Assembly: GCA_945871805.1 (NCBI GenBank)
Contig: CAMBXE010000002.1
Location: 3,632-67,631 of the forward strand
DNA: 64,000 nucleotides
Source: Rhizobium sp. Q54
GTDB lineage: Bacteria; Pseudomonadota; Alphaproteobacteria; Rickettsiales; UBA1997
Reading direction: 5' to 3'
This document shows positions 51,507-61,600 of this stretch, one piece after another. How positions within the stretch are numbered: position 1 is the first letter of the stretch; each line of letters begins with the position of its first letter. The position numbers and the translations under genes were made by a program. The notes under the pieces were generated by a model that searched no databases, was not told the origin of the DNA, and saw only the letters and a list, made by a program, of their open reading frames with translations.

Positions 51507-52513
51507 ACGAAGGTAGTCACATCAAACACAAAATCCTGATTGGCTGCGCGACCTTGTCGGTGCTGGTTATTTGCTACCTCGTCCTAACGCTGGGTATGAT
51601 CATGTATTTCAGCGCGCCAAACTCTTACCACAAAGCGGATAAGCGTTTTGTGATTGAAAGAGGAATGACGTTGCGTGAAGTGGTCGATAAGCTGCATCAA
51701 GAAAATATCATCAAAAGTCCCAACACTTTTCTCTACATTGGTCAAATGATTAAGGGGGTAGATCCCAAAGTGCGCTACGGCGAATATTTTTTTGAGAAGC
51801 ACATCTCTTACTACAAGATTCTCCACAAGATGACGCACGGAAATATTTTTTTCCGCAAAGTTACGGTTGCTGAAGGGCTTTCAACCCACTCTTCTCTTTC
51901 TACCATTAATCAGGCAGCGGGCTTGATTGGCCAATTGCCAGAGGATGTTAAAGAAGGTTCATTATTGCCGGAGACTTATTTTTATTCTTACAACGATACC
52001 AAGGCTGGCCTAATCAAGCGCATGCAAGAATCGATGAAAAGGCATGTGGATGGACTTTGGGAACAGCGCGATCAATCAATCCCAATCAAAAATAAAGAGC
52101 AGGCAGTTATTTTGGCTTCAATCGTTGAGCGCGAAACTAGCATCGAAAGCGAGCGCGGCAAAGTTGCCTCGGTCTTCGTTAACCGCTTGCGTAAAGGTAT
52201 GAAACTGCAATCGGATCCAACGATTATTTATTCATTCACTTTCGGAAATAAGCAGCTCGAGCGCCCAATCAGAGTTAGCGATATTCAAAATAATTCACCT
52301 TTCAACACCTACCACATTTACGGCCTTCCGCCTGCTCCTATTTGTAATCCTGGAGTTGCCTCGCTTAAAGCGGTGCTAAATCCGCTTCAAACCGATTATT
52401 TATTTTTCGTTGCTAGCGGAACCGGAGACCATGTTTTCTCTTCGACCATCCAAGAACATAACGCGAATGTAGCGAGATATCGCAGTGTGATGCGCGCAAA
52501 AGAAGCTCAATAA
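51503..52513 (+). CDS. mltG: endolytic murein transglycosylase MltG (YceG-like)
   Basis: 336 aa. N-terminal TM helix plus the blocks ASIVERET, LQSDPTIIY and YNTYHIYGLPPAPICNPG. Confidence 0.9.
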   Translation: MNEGSHIKHKILIGCATLSVLVICYLVLTLGMIMYFSAPNSYHKADKRFVIERGMTLREVVDKLHQENIIKSPNTFLYIGQMIKGVDPKVRYGEYFFEKHISYYKILHKMTHGNIFFRKVTVAEGLSTHSSLSTINQAAGLIGQLPEDVKEGSLLPETYFYSYNDTKAGLIKRMQESMKRHVDGLWEQRDQSIPIKNKEQAVILASIVERETSIESERGKVASVFVNRLRKGMKLQSDPTIIYSFTFGNKQLERPIRVSDIQNNSPFNTYHIYGLPPAPICNPGVASLKAVLNPLQTDYLFFVASGTGDHVFSSTIQEHNANVARYRSVMRAKEAQ

Positions 52514-52522
52514 ATTTATCCA

Positions 52523-52632
52523 CGATCTTTCCCCGTCATCCCCGCGCAGGCGGGGATCCAGGACAGCACGCTTAAGAGAAAGTTACTAACATCCTGGATC
52601 CCCGCCTGCGCGGGGATGACGGGGAAAGATCG
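52523..52632. repeat. PAL-B palindromic repeat, long near-perfect copy
   Basis: Sequence is cgatctttccccgtcatccccgcgcaggcggggatccagga ... tcctggatccccgcctgcgcggggatgacggggaaagatcg. Confidence 0.9.
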
Positions 52633-52656
52633 AGTCAAATTATTAAACTTTTACAA

Positions 52657-54402
52657 ATGCCAAAATTCGACAAATCAAAACTCCCTTCTCGCTACGTCAC
52701 CAATTCGCACGGCTGCGAAGGTCGCAAGACGATGCTTTATAACATCAAGACCGACTTGTATCCACAGGGCTTGACCGACGAAGATTTATCCGCGCCTTTC
52801 GTTGGAGTTGTCAGTGCTTGGAACGAGGCCGCGCCTTGTAATATTGCACTTCAACGCCAAGCCCAACCGGCAAAAAAAGGCGTAAAAGATTTTGGCGGAA
52901 CGCCGCGCGAATTCACGACAATCACAGTTACAGACGGCATCGCCAACGGACATCAAGGCATGAAATCTTCGCTCGTTTCTCGCGAAGTAATCGCCGATTC
53001 GATCGAGGTGACAGTGCGCGGACATTGCTACGACGCCCTAGTTGGAATAGCGGGCTGCGACAAATCTTTACCCGGAATGATGATGGCAATGGTGCGTCTC
53101 AATGTACCATCCGTCTTTATGTATGGCGGCTCGATCCTTCCGGGAAGATTCAAAGGAAAAGATGTGACAATCGTTGATGTCTTTGAAGCCGTAGGTCAAA
53201 GAGACGCCGGAAAAATGTCGGAAGAAGATTTACAAATTCTCACTAAAGCCGCTTGCCCAAGCGCTGGCGCGTGCGGCGGACAATTTACCGCCAACACCAT
53301 GGCCTGTGTTTCCGAAGCAATGGGTCTTGCACTTCCGGGCTCTTCTGGTGCTCCCGCGCCTTACGAATCAAGAGACGAATATGCTTATCAATCTGGAAAA
53401 GCGGTGATGAATTTGCTCGAAAAAAATATCAAAGCGCGCGACATCGTTACTAAAAAATCTCTCGAAAATGCCGCGACGATTGTTGCCGCAACTGGCGGAT
53501 CAACCAACGCCGTTCTTCACTTGCCGGCAATTGCTAATGAGTGCGGAATTGATTTCGATATTTTTGCCGTCGGAGAAATTTTTAAAAAAACTCCCTACAT
53601 CGCCGACATGAAGCCGGGCGGAAAATATGTCGCGAAAGATTTATTCGAAGTTGGCGGGGTGCAAATGATCTTAAAAGTTTTGCTCGATGCGGGCTACATC
53701 CACGGCGATTGCTTGACTGTCACCGGAAAAACAATGGCTGAAAATTTGGCCGAAATAAAGTTTAACGAAAACCAAGATGTGGTTTATCGTCCGGAAAAAC
53801 CCTTGTCGCCAACTGGCGGGGTTGTAACGCTGCGGGGCAATTTGGCCACCGATGGCGCAGTCGTAAAAGTTGCCGGAATGACAAGCGACGCGCAAATTTT
53901 TACCGGCAGCGCTTTATGTTTTGATTCCGAAGAAGAGTGCTTCAAAGCAGTTGAGTGTAAGAGATACAAAGAAGGAGATGTTTTGGTAATTCGTTATGAA
54001 GGTCCAAAAGGCGGCCCAGGAATGCGCGAAATGTTGGCGACAACTGCTGCGATTTATGGCCAAGGAATGGGCAGTAAAGTTGCCCTAATCACCGACGGCA
54101 GATTCTCTGGCGGCACTAGAGGCTTCTGCATCGGTCACATATCCCCGGAAGCCGCAGATGGCGGCATGATCGCGCTCTTAAAAGACGGCGATCAAATCAC
54201 CATCGATGCAATTAAAGGCACAATCGATGTTGCCCTAAGTGACGCCGAAATATCTTCCCGCAAAGCCGCATGGCGACCAAGAGAAAATGACTACCAGTCA
54301 GGAACTTTGTGGAAATATGCGCAAACAGTAGGCTCCGCCAGGTTCGGCGCCGTCACTCATCCTGGCGCGAAAGCAGAAAAAATTTCTTACGATAAGATTT
54401 AA
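52657..54402 (+). CDS. ilvD: IlvD/Edd-family dehydratase (dihydroxy-acid dehydratase-like)
   Basis: 581 aa with [15 protein letters not shown], a CPSAGACGG Fe-S ligand region, and [11 protein letters not shown]. The N-terminus is atypical, so the substrate is uncertain. Confidence 0.8.
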   Translation: MPKFDKSKLPSRYVTNSHGCEGRKTMLYNIKTDLYPQGLTDEDLSAPFVGVVSAWNEAAPCNIALQRQAQPAKKGVKDFGGTPREFTTITVTDGIANGHQGMKSSLVSREVIADSIEVTVRGHCYDALVGIAGCDKSLPGMMMAMVRLNVPSVFMYGGSILPGRFKGKDVTIVDVFEAVGQRDAGKMSEEDLQILTKAACPSAGACGGQFTANTMACVSEAMGLALPGSSGAPAPYESRDEYAYQSGKAVMNLLEKNIKARDIVTKKSLENAATIVAATGGSTNAVLHLPAIANECGIDFDIFAVGEIFKKTPYIADMKPGGKYVAKDLFEVGGVQMILKVLLDAGYIHGDCLTVTGKTMAENLAEIKFNENQDVVYRPEKPLSPTGGVVTLRGNLATDGAVVKVAGMTSDAQIFTGSALCFDSEEECFKAVECKRYKEGDVLVIRYEGPKGGPGMREMLATTAAIYGQGMGSKVALITDGRFSGGTRGFCIGHISPEAADGGMIALLKDGDQITIDAIKGTIDVALSDAEISSRKAAWRPRENDYQSGTLWKYAQTVGSARFGAVTHPGAKAEKISYDKI

Positions 54403-54584
54403 CCCAGATCCGTCATTAGAATCACGCCATTATCTCTACTAACCCTTAATTCTATTAACCTCGTTCTCCGCTCCGCTCCGTCAGCGTATGCATGCTACGC
54501 TTCCGGTGCGGTGCTCGTCCGAGACTAATAGAATTAAGGGTTAGCGAGATACTGTCGCAATTCTAATGACGGATCTGGGTTTAA
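54398..54584. mobile_element. MITE-D copy with a 5-bp target duplication (TTTAA)
   Basis: The core at 54403-54579 is flanked by tttaa at 54398-54402 and tttaa at 54580-54584. The left duplication contains the ilvD stop codon TAA. Confidence 0.85.
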
Positions 54585-54664
54585 TTCACGATTATTTACC
54601 AGATAACCGTGAACAGACACCAAAACTCACTTGATTTTCACGGTTATTAATTAAATAACGTGAA
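54585..54664. repeat. PAL-H: two hairpins built on a TTCACG core, just upstream of Fic gene 2
   Basis: First hairpin: ttcacgattat...ataaccgtgaa (54585-54613). Second hairpin: ttcacggttat...ataacgtgaa (54637-54664). Confidence 0.75.
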
Positions 54665-54691
54665 CAAAGTAAATCGAGAAATATCCAAAAT

Positions 54692-55606
54692 ATGCCAAAA
54701 GACAGCGACAGTTTCGGCAGAATAGCCACCCTCCGTCAAAGATATTTCAAGGCCGCAAAGGGCAAAGAGGCTTTACTCAAATTGATCGCGGAAACTGAAA
54801 TTTCTGAGCAAGTCTACAACTCCAACGCCATTGAAAACAGTACGCTCTCACTCGAAGAAACCGAAAAAATTCTCCTACAAATTGATCTCGACCGCTACAT
54901 CACTGAGCGCGAAATTTTCGAAGCAAAAAATCTTGCCCGAGTCGTTGGTTACATCGAAAAAAAATCTAAAGAAAAAGAGCTAACACTCGAAGTGATTTTG
55001 TCTCTGCACAAAATGTTGATCTCGAACATTCGCGACAATATTGCCGGCAGATTTCGCAAAAATAATGAATATGTAAAAGTCGGCAATCACATCGCTCCGG
55101 CCCCAAAAGAAATCGTCAGCCTACTCGAAGACATGCTTTTTGATTATCACGGATCTGCTCACGAAAACATCGCCAAGCGCATCGCTCGTCTCCATCTAAC
55201 CTTCGAACACATTCATCCATTCGTTGACGGAAATGGCCGTATCGGTCGCATTATTAACAATTATTTGCTGATCCGCGAAGGCTTCGTTCCAATTAATATC
55301 AAGTTCATCGAGCGCCAAAAATATTACGACGCCTTCAAAGAATTCGACAAAAAAGGCTCAACAAAAATCATGGAAGAGATCGTCAGCAAAGCTCTCACCA
55401 ACAGCTATCACAAAAGATTGGCTTACTTAGAAGGTAAAAAAATTGTCACACTTTTAGAGCATTCCAAGACGAGTAAAATCTCTCACTCCAACCTACTAAA
55501 CAAAGCCAATCGCCAAACTATTGAGGCATTTTTGGAGAAGGGGGCTTGGAAAATTGGCGTTGAGATTGAGAAGAAAAAACCGACAAGAAAGACAGCTAAA
55601 AAATGA
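54692..55606 (+). CDS. Fic-domain protein
   Basis: 304 aa with Fic motif HPFVDGNGRIGR and inhibitory-helix motif SNAIEN. Confidence 0.85.
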   Translation: MPKDSDSFGRIATLRQRYFKAAKGKEALLKLIAETEISEQVYNSNAIENSTLSLEETEKILLQIDLDRYITEREIFEAKNLARVVGYIEKKSKEKELTLEVILSLHKMLISNIRDNIAGRFRKNNEYVKVGNHIAPAPKEIVSLLEDMLFDYHGSAHENIAKRIARLHLTFEHIHPFVDGNGRIGRIINNYLLIREGFVPINIKFIERQKYYDAFKEFDKKGSTKIMEEIVSKALTNSYHKRLAYLEGKKIVTLLEHSKTSKISHSNLLNKANRQTIEAFLEKGAWKIGVEIEKKKPTRKTAKK

Positions 55607-55631
55607 TCAAAATTTCACGCAAACTAAACAA

Positions 55632-57452
55632 ATGAACTCTGCACAAAAGCCTTCCATTCTAGGCCGTAACTGGCATCAAAAAACTTTTGACGAACGTCAC
55701 GCGTTGGCTATTTTACAGCGCTTTGAGATTTCAGAAGTTTTGAGTAATCTACTTTCTGCGCGCGAAATTTCTTTGGGTGAAATCGAAAATTTTCTTGAGC
55801 CAAAAATTAAAACTTCACTGCCAGATCCGTTTGAATTGAACGACATGGATAAGGCAGTTGCTCATGTGATTGAGGCGATTCACGCGCGAAAAAAAATCAC
55901 AATTTTTGCGGATTACGACGTTGATGGCGCAACAAGTTCGGCCTTGCTTAAGCGCTTCTTCCGTGAGGCGGGAGTTAATGCCGACATCTACATTCCTGAT
56001 CGTGTTTTGGAAGGTTACGGACCGAATTCGCAGGCGCTTTTAAATCTAAAAAAATCCGGAACAGATTTGGTAATCACGCTTGATTGCGGCACTGTCGCTT
56101 TCAAGCCGCTCGAAGATGCAGCCGCTGTGGGCCTGGATATTATCGTGATCGATCACCATCTCGGAGTTCTTGAAAAACCTCAGTCGATCGCGGTGATTAA
56201 TCCGAATTTACTCGACGAAAAATTCCCGCACAAAAATCTCTGCGCTGCCGGTGTAACGTTTTTATTTGTGGTCGCGATCAATAAAAAATTGCGTGAAGAA
56301 AATTTTTACGCGCAAAAAAAAGAGCCGAATCTTTTGAATCTTCTCGACCTCGTCGCACTTGGAACTGTTTGCGATGTGATGTCTTTAACTGGCTTAAATC
56401 GTGCCTTCGTAGCTGCTGGTTTAAAAATTTTAAAGCAGAGAAAAAATTTAGGTTTGCGCGAAATTTGTGATTTAGCCGGACTCGACGAAGAGCCTTCTGC
56501 TTACCATCTGGGTTTTGTAATTGGCCCGCGCATCAATGCCGGCGGGCGGGTAGGAAAATCTGATTTAGGCGCGACAATTCTTTCAAGCGAAGATGAGGAA
56601 GAGGTAAAAGCGATCGCGCAGCAGTTAGAAACTTTTAATAAGCAGCGCAAAGAGATTGAAGTGCAAGTTTTGGAAGAGGCCGTGAAGTCGCTGGAGTCTG
56701 GCCCGTTGACGCGTAGCGCAACAGAGCCATGGGCTGGCGGCTTTTCAAAAAATGATCCAATAATTTTTGCCGTCGCAAAAAACTGGCATCAAGGCGTAAT
56801 CGGAATCGTCGCGTCACGTCTAAAAGATTTGTACAACAAGCCCGTCGCCGTAATCGCGATTGACGATGAAGGCAAGAAGGGCAAGGCCTCGTGCCGCTCA
56901 ATTTCTGGAATCGACTTCGGCGGAGAAATTTTAAAAGCGCGATTGGAAGGCTTGTTGATTGAAGGCGGAGGCCATGCGATGGCTGGTGGATTTTCGGTTG
57001 CCCCAGAAAAAATTTCTGAACTTCACCAATTTTTCTGTAAAAATTTAGCGCAAAAAGTCGAAGAAATTTCTGCGCAAAAAAATGCTGAATTCGACATTGC
57101 GCTCGATCTTGCGCAGGTGAATTTAGATTTACTAAAAGAGCTGGCAAAGCTTGAGCCATTTGGCGTCGGCAACATGCGTCCAAAATTTCTTCTGCGTAAT
57201 GTAACGAAGGTAAAAGCAAATCTAGTTGGCCAAACCGCTGAACATATTTCCTGCATTTTTTCAGCAAAATCCGCCCTTGGATTTAACGGCCAAATCCAAG
57301 CAATCGCCTTTCGCAGCAACAAAACTCCCCTCGGCGAAATGCTCCTCGATCCGAAATTTACCAAACCAATCAGCCTTATCGGAACCTTGAATATCAACGC
57401 CTGGATGGGCGTAGAGAAGGTGCAGATGATCATCGAAGATGTGTTAATTTAA
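55632..57452 (+). CDS. recJ: single-stranded-DNA-specific exonuclease RecJ
   Basis: Start moved to the ATG at 55632 (MNSAQKPSILGRNWHQK). DHH motifs are FADYDVDGATS, DCG and IVIDHH; GGGHAMAAG-type block is GGGHAMAGG. Confidence 0.93.
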   Translation: MNSAQKPSILGRNWHQKTFDERHALAILQRFEISEVLSNLLSAREISLGEIENFLEPKIKTSLPDPFELNDMDKAVAHVIEAIHARKKITIFADYDVDGATSSALLKRFFREAGVNADIYIPDRVLEGYGPNSQALLNLKKSGTDLVITLDCGTVAFKPLEDAAAVGLDIIVIDHHLGVLEKPQSIAVINPNLLDEKFPHKNLCAAGVTFLFVVAINKKLREENFYAQKKEPNLLNLLDLVALGTVCDVMSLTGLNRAFVAAGLKILKQRKNLGLREICDLAGLDEEPSAYHLGFVIGPRINAGGRVGKSDLGATILSSEDEEEVKAIAQQLETFNKQRKEIEVQVLEEAVKSLESGPLTRSATEPWAGGFSKNDPIIFAVAKNWHQGVIGIVASRLKDLYNKPVAVIAIDDEGKKGKASCRSISGIDFGGEILKARLEGLLIEGGGHAMAGGFSVAPEKISELHQFFCKNLAQKVEEISAQKNAEFDIALDLAQVNLDLLKELAKLEPFGVGNMRPKFLLRNVTKVKANLVGQTAEHISCIFSAKSALGFNGQIQAIAFRSNKTPLGEMLLDPKFTKPISLIGTLNINAWMGVEKVQMIIEDVLI

Positions 57453-57538
57453 CCTGATTGCTTGATCCGAAAAATTTACCGGTGATTGGTGTTGATGGCG
57501 CGCGGAGAATTTTAGATGTGAAGAAATCATAAAATTCT

Positions 57539-57622
57539 AATTCACGAGTTACTTAGTTAAACTCGTGAATTGAGAGAGAAAATTCGTCCAATTCACGAGT
57601 TAAGGTATGGAACTCGTGAATT
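57539..57622. repeat. PAL-H: two perfect hairpins aattcacgagtt / aactcgtgaatt downstream of recJ
   Basis: The hairpins span 57539-57571 and 57590-57622. The arms are 12 nt and the loops are 9 nt. Confidence 0.85.
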
Positions 57623-57786
57623 CAAAATGTCAGAAAAAAAAGATCAGATGGCTTTCGCGCCTCTGGGATGTTGGTCTCTTGAGCTGTAGGGTAGATTTTG
57701 TACGCGTGTACAAAATCTAGGAAAATTCTTCTTTTGTCACCTCGTCATCCTTAATTCGGCTCGAAATATTGTCACAAAACTAACCC

Positions 57787-57873
57787 CGTCATTACTAGGA
57801 GCGAAAGCGAGGCGGCAATCCAGAATGGTAATGGTTGGAAGAAATGGATTGCCGCGCTTCGCTCGCAATGACG
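57787..57873. repeat. PAL-C palindromic repeat
   Basis: Sequence is cgtcattactaggagcgaaagcgaggcggcaatccaga ... atggattgccgcgcttcgctcgcaatgacg. Confidence 0.85.
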
Positions 57874-57891
57874 TGACGAGAAAGAGCGGGC

Positions 57892-57931
57892 AAAAAAAGG
57901 GTCAGACCCCTAAGAGTCTGACCCTTTCTTT
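57892..57931 (-). terminator. intrinsic terminator downstream of metE
   Basis: The stem agggtcagac/gtctgaccct has an 8-nt loop. On the minus strand it is followed by a run of seven T. Confidence 0.75.
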
Positions 57932-57954
57932 ACTCAGAAAATTTCAGCAAATAC

Positions 57955-60249
57955 CTACAAAGTTTTTCTTAATTCTTTCGTTGCATCAACCATCGCCGTA
58001 AGTGCGGCCTTGGTTTCTGGCCAGTCACGAGTCTTCAAGCCACAATCAGGATTTACCCAGATTTGTTCAGGTTTCAAAACATCGAGTGCCTTTTGCAGAA
58101 GATTTTTCATTTCATCTTTTGCGGGCACGCGCGGGCTGTGAATGTCGTAAACGCCGGGCCCGATTTCGTTTGGATATTTGAAGTTCACGAATGAATTGAG
58201 TAGCTCCATTTGCGAGCGCGAAGTTTCGATTGAAATCACGTCTGCATCCATTTTTGCGATCTCGCCGATGATGTCGTTAAATTCAGAGTAGCACATGTGA
58301 GTGTGAATCTGAGTTCGATCTTCAACACCTGAAGCACTGATTCTAAAGGCTTCAACCGCCCATTTCAAATATTCGTTCCACTTATTTTTGCGGATCGGCA
58401 GACCTTCGCGCAGTGCGGCTTCATCAATTTGAATGATTTTAATTCCGGCAGCTTCGAGATCACAAACTTCGTCACGAATGGCGAAAGCGATTTGCAGAGC
58501 CGTGTTTTTTCTAGGCTGATCGTCACGCACGAAAGACCATTGCAGAATCGTGATCGGGCCGGTGAGCATTCCTTTCATGATTTTTTTGGTTTGGCTTTGT
58601 GCATATTTCGCCCATTCAACCGTCATTGCTTTCGGACGAGAAATATCGCCAAAAATAACTGGCGGCTTCACGCAGCGCGAGCCGTAGCTTTGCACCCAGC
58701 CATTTTTGGTGAAGACGAATCCCGCGAGTTGTTCGCCGAAATATTCGACCATGTCGTTACGTTCGAATTCGCCGTGAACCAAAACATCGAGACCAATTTC
58801 TTCTTGGAAGCGAATGGTGCGCGTGGTTTCTTCCTGCACGAATTTTTCGTAATCAGCGGCAGAAATTTTTTCGGCTTTGAAATCAGCGCGAAATTTACGT
58901 ACTTCTTTTGTTTGTGGGAAAGAGCCGATTGTCGTAGTTGGCAGTAAGGGCAAATCAATGTACGCAGCCTGAATTTTTTTGCGCTCAGTGAAATTACTTT
59001 TGCGATTCATCAAGGATTCGTCGATTTCCGCGACGCGTTTTTTGACGAGTTCGTTGTGAATTCTGCGCGAAATTTTGCGTGCTTTGAGTATTGTTTTATT
59101 CGCAGAAATTTCTGCCTTAACTTTGAAATCTTCGCCATCTGCCGCTTGCGCAACGATTGCAAGTTCCGCAAGTTTTTGCGTCGCAAATGCCAACCAAGAC
59201 CTCAATTCTGAATCGAGCTGGGTTTCACTGTCGAGATCAACCGGAGTGTGAATCAACGAGCAGGAAGGCCCTACAATTAAGCGTCCACGACCAAGTTTAT
59301 CTGATGCTTTTTTCACCAACTCAGCTGATTTTTCCAAATTATTGATCCAGATATTACGACCGTCGATTACGCCGAGAGACAAGGTTTGGCCTGACTTAAC
59401 CAGATTAAGAACTTCTTCAAATTGTGAAGGAGCGCGAACCAAATCAACGTGAACTGATTCGGTGCCAAGATCAAAAGCAAGGGCCGCATTTTCGCTTAAA
59501 GAATCGAAGTAAGTTGCGAGGTGAAGTTTGATTTCACCCGCTTGTTGCTTGAGTTGCGGGTAGGCTTTCAAGTAAGCTTGAATTGCTTCAGCAGACAAAT
59601 CTGTAACCAAAAATGGCTCGTCGATTTGTACATCTTTCACGCCGATTTCATTCAATTTTTTGAAAAGTTGCGAGTAAGCAGCGAGAAGATTTTCGAGCAA
59701 ATCTAACTTATTTGAACCGTCAATCGACTTGCCAAGAAGCAAGAAACTGACTGGCCCGATGATCACCGGACGAGTTTCAATTCCTAATTTTTTTGCTTCC
59801 AAAAATTCGTCAAAAATTTTGCTCGAAGAAATTTTGAACTGCTGATTTTTTTTGAATTCAGCAACGATGTAATGGTAGTTGGTGTCGAACCATTTGGTCA
59901 TTTCCATTGCCGTTACTTCATCCGCACCGCGCGCCATTGCGAAGTAAAGATCGAGTCCGGAGAATTTAGTAAAGCGGTCGGGAGTTGCTCCAAACAAGGT
60001 CTGAGCATCAAGAATGTGGTCGTAAAAAGAGAAGTCGTTCGAGGGAATAAAATGAATTCCGTTGGCCCTTTGCTCCTCCCAATTTTTTCTTCTAATATCC
60101 GCCGCAGCTTCTTGCAGATCGGCGACGCAAGAATTTAGTTCTGTCGCGCTAAGCGCCGACTGGGTTTTTTTCCAATAGCTTTCGACGGCTTTTTTAAGTT
60201 CGCGATTAGCACCAATTCTCGGAAATCCGAGCGAAGCAGTTTTTAACAT
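57955..60249 (-). CDS. metE: cobalamin-independent methionine synthase
   Basis: Start moved to the ATG at 60249 (MLKTASLGFPRIGANRELKKAVESYW). The C-terminal zinc-site blocks are HTHMCYSEF and NPDCGLKTR. Confidence 0.95.
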   Translation of the reverse strand: MLKTASLGFPRIGANRELKKAVESYWKKTQSALSATELNSCVADLQEAAADIRRKNWEEQRANGIHFIPSNDFSFYDHILDAQTLFGATPDRFTKFSGLDLYFAMARGADEVTAMEMTKWFDTNYHYIVAEFKKNQQFKISSSKIFDEFLEAKKLGIETRPVIIGPVSFLLLGKSIDGSNKLDLLENLLAAYSQLFKKLNEIGVKDVQIDEPFLVTDLSAEAIQAYLKAYPQLKQQAGEIKLHLATYFDSLSENAALAFDLGTESVHVDLVRAPSQFEEVLNLVKSGQTLSLGVIDGRNIWINNLEKSAELVKKASDKLGRGRLIVGPSCSLIHTPVDLDSETQLDSELRSWLAFATQKLAELAIVAQAADGEDFKVKAEISANKTILKARKISRRIHNELVKKRVAEIDESLMNRKSNFTERKKIQAAYIDLPLLPTTTIGSFPQTKEVRKFRADFKAEKISAADYEKFVQEETTRTIRFQEEIGLDVLVHGEFERNDMVEYFGEQLAGFVFTKNGWVQSYGSRCVKPPVIFGDISRPKAMTVEWAKYAQSQTKKIMKGMLTGPITILQWSFVRDDQPRKNTALQIAFAIRDEVCDLEAAGIKIIQIDEAALREGLPIRKNKWNEYLKWAVEAFRISASGVEDRTQIHTHMCYSEFNDIIGEIAKMDADVISIETSRSQMELLNSFVNFKYPNEIGPGVYDIHSPRVPAKDEMKNLLQKALDVLKPEQIWVNPDCGLKTRDWPETKAALTAMVDATKELRKTL

Positions 60250-60391
60250 TTTTAGTTTGATTGAGATTGTGCAAGGCTTTGCAACAAGGAAAGGTGCGGG
60301 CTCGCAATTCGCAAAAAATATTTTTGGTTTACCTAAAGGCAAGGTAGTTCTACTTTTGCGCGAAGTATTTCCTTTAAAAATTTTTCAAAAA

Positions 60392-61399
60392 ATGACAATT
60401 CACAAAACTGATTTGGTTGTTGTTGGCGCTGGTCCAACAGGTTTATTCGCAGTCTTTGAAGCAGGAATGCTAAAAATGAAATGCCACGTGATCGACTCGC
60501 TTGAAGTCATTGGTGGCCAGTGTTGCGCGCTTTATCCAGAGAAGCCGATTTACGATATTCCTGCTCATCCAAAAATTTTAGCAAGTGAGTTGATCGAGAT
60601 GCTTGAAGCGCAAGCGACGCCGTTTCATCCGACTTACCATTTGAATCAACGTGTTGAAAAATTTGTTAAAAATGCGGACGGAAGTTTTTTGGTTACGACT
60701 TCAAAAAATACCAAAATCGAATGTAAGGCTTTGATCATCGCGGCAGGCTGCGGCGCCTTTGGCCCCAACCGTCCGCCGCTTGAAGGTCTCGAAGAATTTG
60801 AAGGCACTTCAATTTTCTACGCCGTGCGCAGTAAAGCCGAATTTGCCGGAAAAAATATTGTGATTGCTGGTGGCGGCGATTCAGCTGTGGATTGGGCGAT
60901 TAGCCTTTCTGAAATCGCGAAAAAAGTTTACGTAATTCATCGCCGCGACAAATTTCGCTGCGCCCCAGAAAGCGCCGATAAAATGAAAAAATTATCCGAA
61001 GAAGGAAAAATCGAGTTAGTAATTCCTTACCAGCTTGATGGTCTTGAAGGCTCAGAAGGCAAGCTTTCAGCAGTGTTGGTAAAAGATTTCGACGGCAATG
61101 TAAAAAAACTCGAAGCTGATTATTTGTTGCCATTCTTCGGCCTAGCCATGGAACTCGGCCCAATCGCTGATTGGGGTCTAAGCCTTCACAAACACCATCT
61201 CGACGTTGATGTTTCAACAATGCAAACATCAGAGCCCGGAATCTACGCCATCGGCGACATCGCGACCTACAAAAATAAACTGAAGTTAATCCTCACGGGA
61301 TTTGCCGAAGCCGCAACAGCAGCGCATGATTTGCACAAAGTTGTTTACCCAAATCAGGCTTACAATTTTGAATATTCGACGAGCAAAGGGGTTTTGTAA
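60392..61399 (+). CDS. ferredoxin-NADP+ reductase, thioredoxin-reductase-like type
   Basis: Start moved to the ATG at 60392 (MTIHKTDLVVVGAGPTGLFA). A second Rossmann motif is IAGGGDSAVDWA. It lacks the TrxR CxxC motif. Confidence 0.8.
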   Translation: MTIHKTDLVVVGAGPTGLFAVFEAGMLKMKCHVIDSLEVIGGQCCALYPEKPIYDIPAHPKILASELIEMLEAQATPFHPTYHLNQRVEKFVKNADGSFLVTTSKNTKIECKALIIAAGCGAFGPNRPPLEGLEEFEGTSIFYAVRSKAEFAGKNIVIAGGGDSAVDWAISLSEIAKKVYVIHRRDKFRCAPESADKMKKLSEEGKIELVIPYQLDGLEGSEGKLSAVLVKDFDGNVKKLEADYLLPFFGLAMELGPIADWGLSLHKHHLDVDVSTMQTSEPGIYAIGDIATYKNKLKLILTGFAEAATAAHDLHKVVYPNQAYNFEYSTSKGVL

Positions 61400-61600
61400 T
61401 TCGGTCAGTCTCCTTTGCAAAAGGAGGTGGCGCACGAGCGCCGGAGGATTTCTCGAGGCAAGAGAAATCGCCATCCGACACTCTCGTGGATCCCATCTCT
61501 TTCTCAAAGAGAATTTTTGCCCGAGAATTCGATCAAGATTTGTCGGTCAAAAAATTAATAAAATTAAACCACTCAACTACGTCCAAAATTTCTCAAGCGC

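Noticed and set aside
56635..57267. 210-aa and 136-aa ORFs antisense to recJ
   Set aside because: They lie inside the conserved recJ coding region. The Arg/Leu/Gln-rich sequence has no recognisable features.
60250..60391. SAM-II-type riboswitch in the metE leader
   Set aside because: The minus strand contains gcgaattgcgag...ttgcaaagccttgc, which vaguely recalls the GCGAUU and AAAGCU elements. I cannot establish the pseudoknot or the conserved positions by eye. It needs cmsearch with RF00521 and related SAM and cobalamin models.
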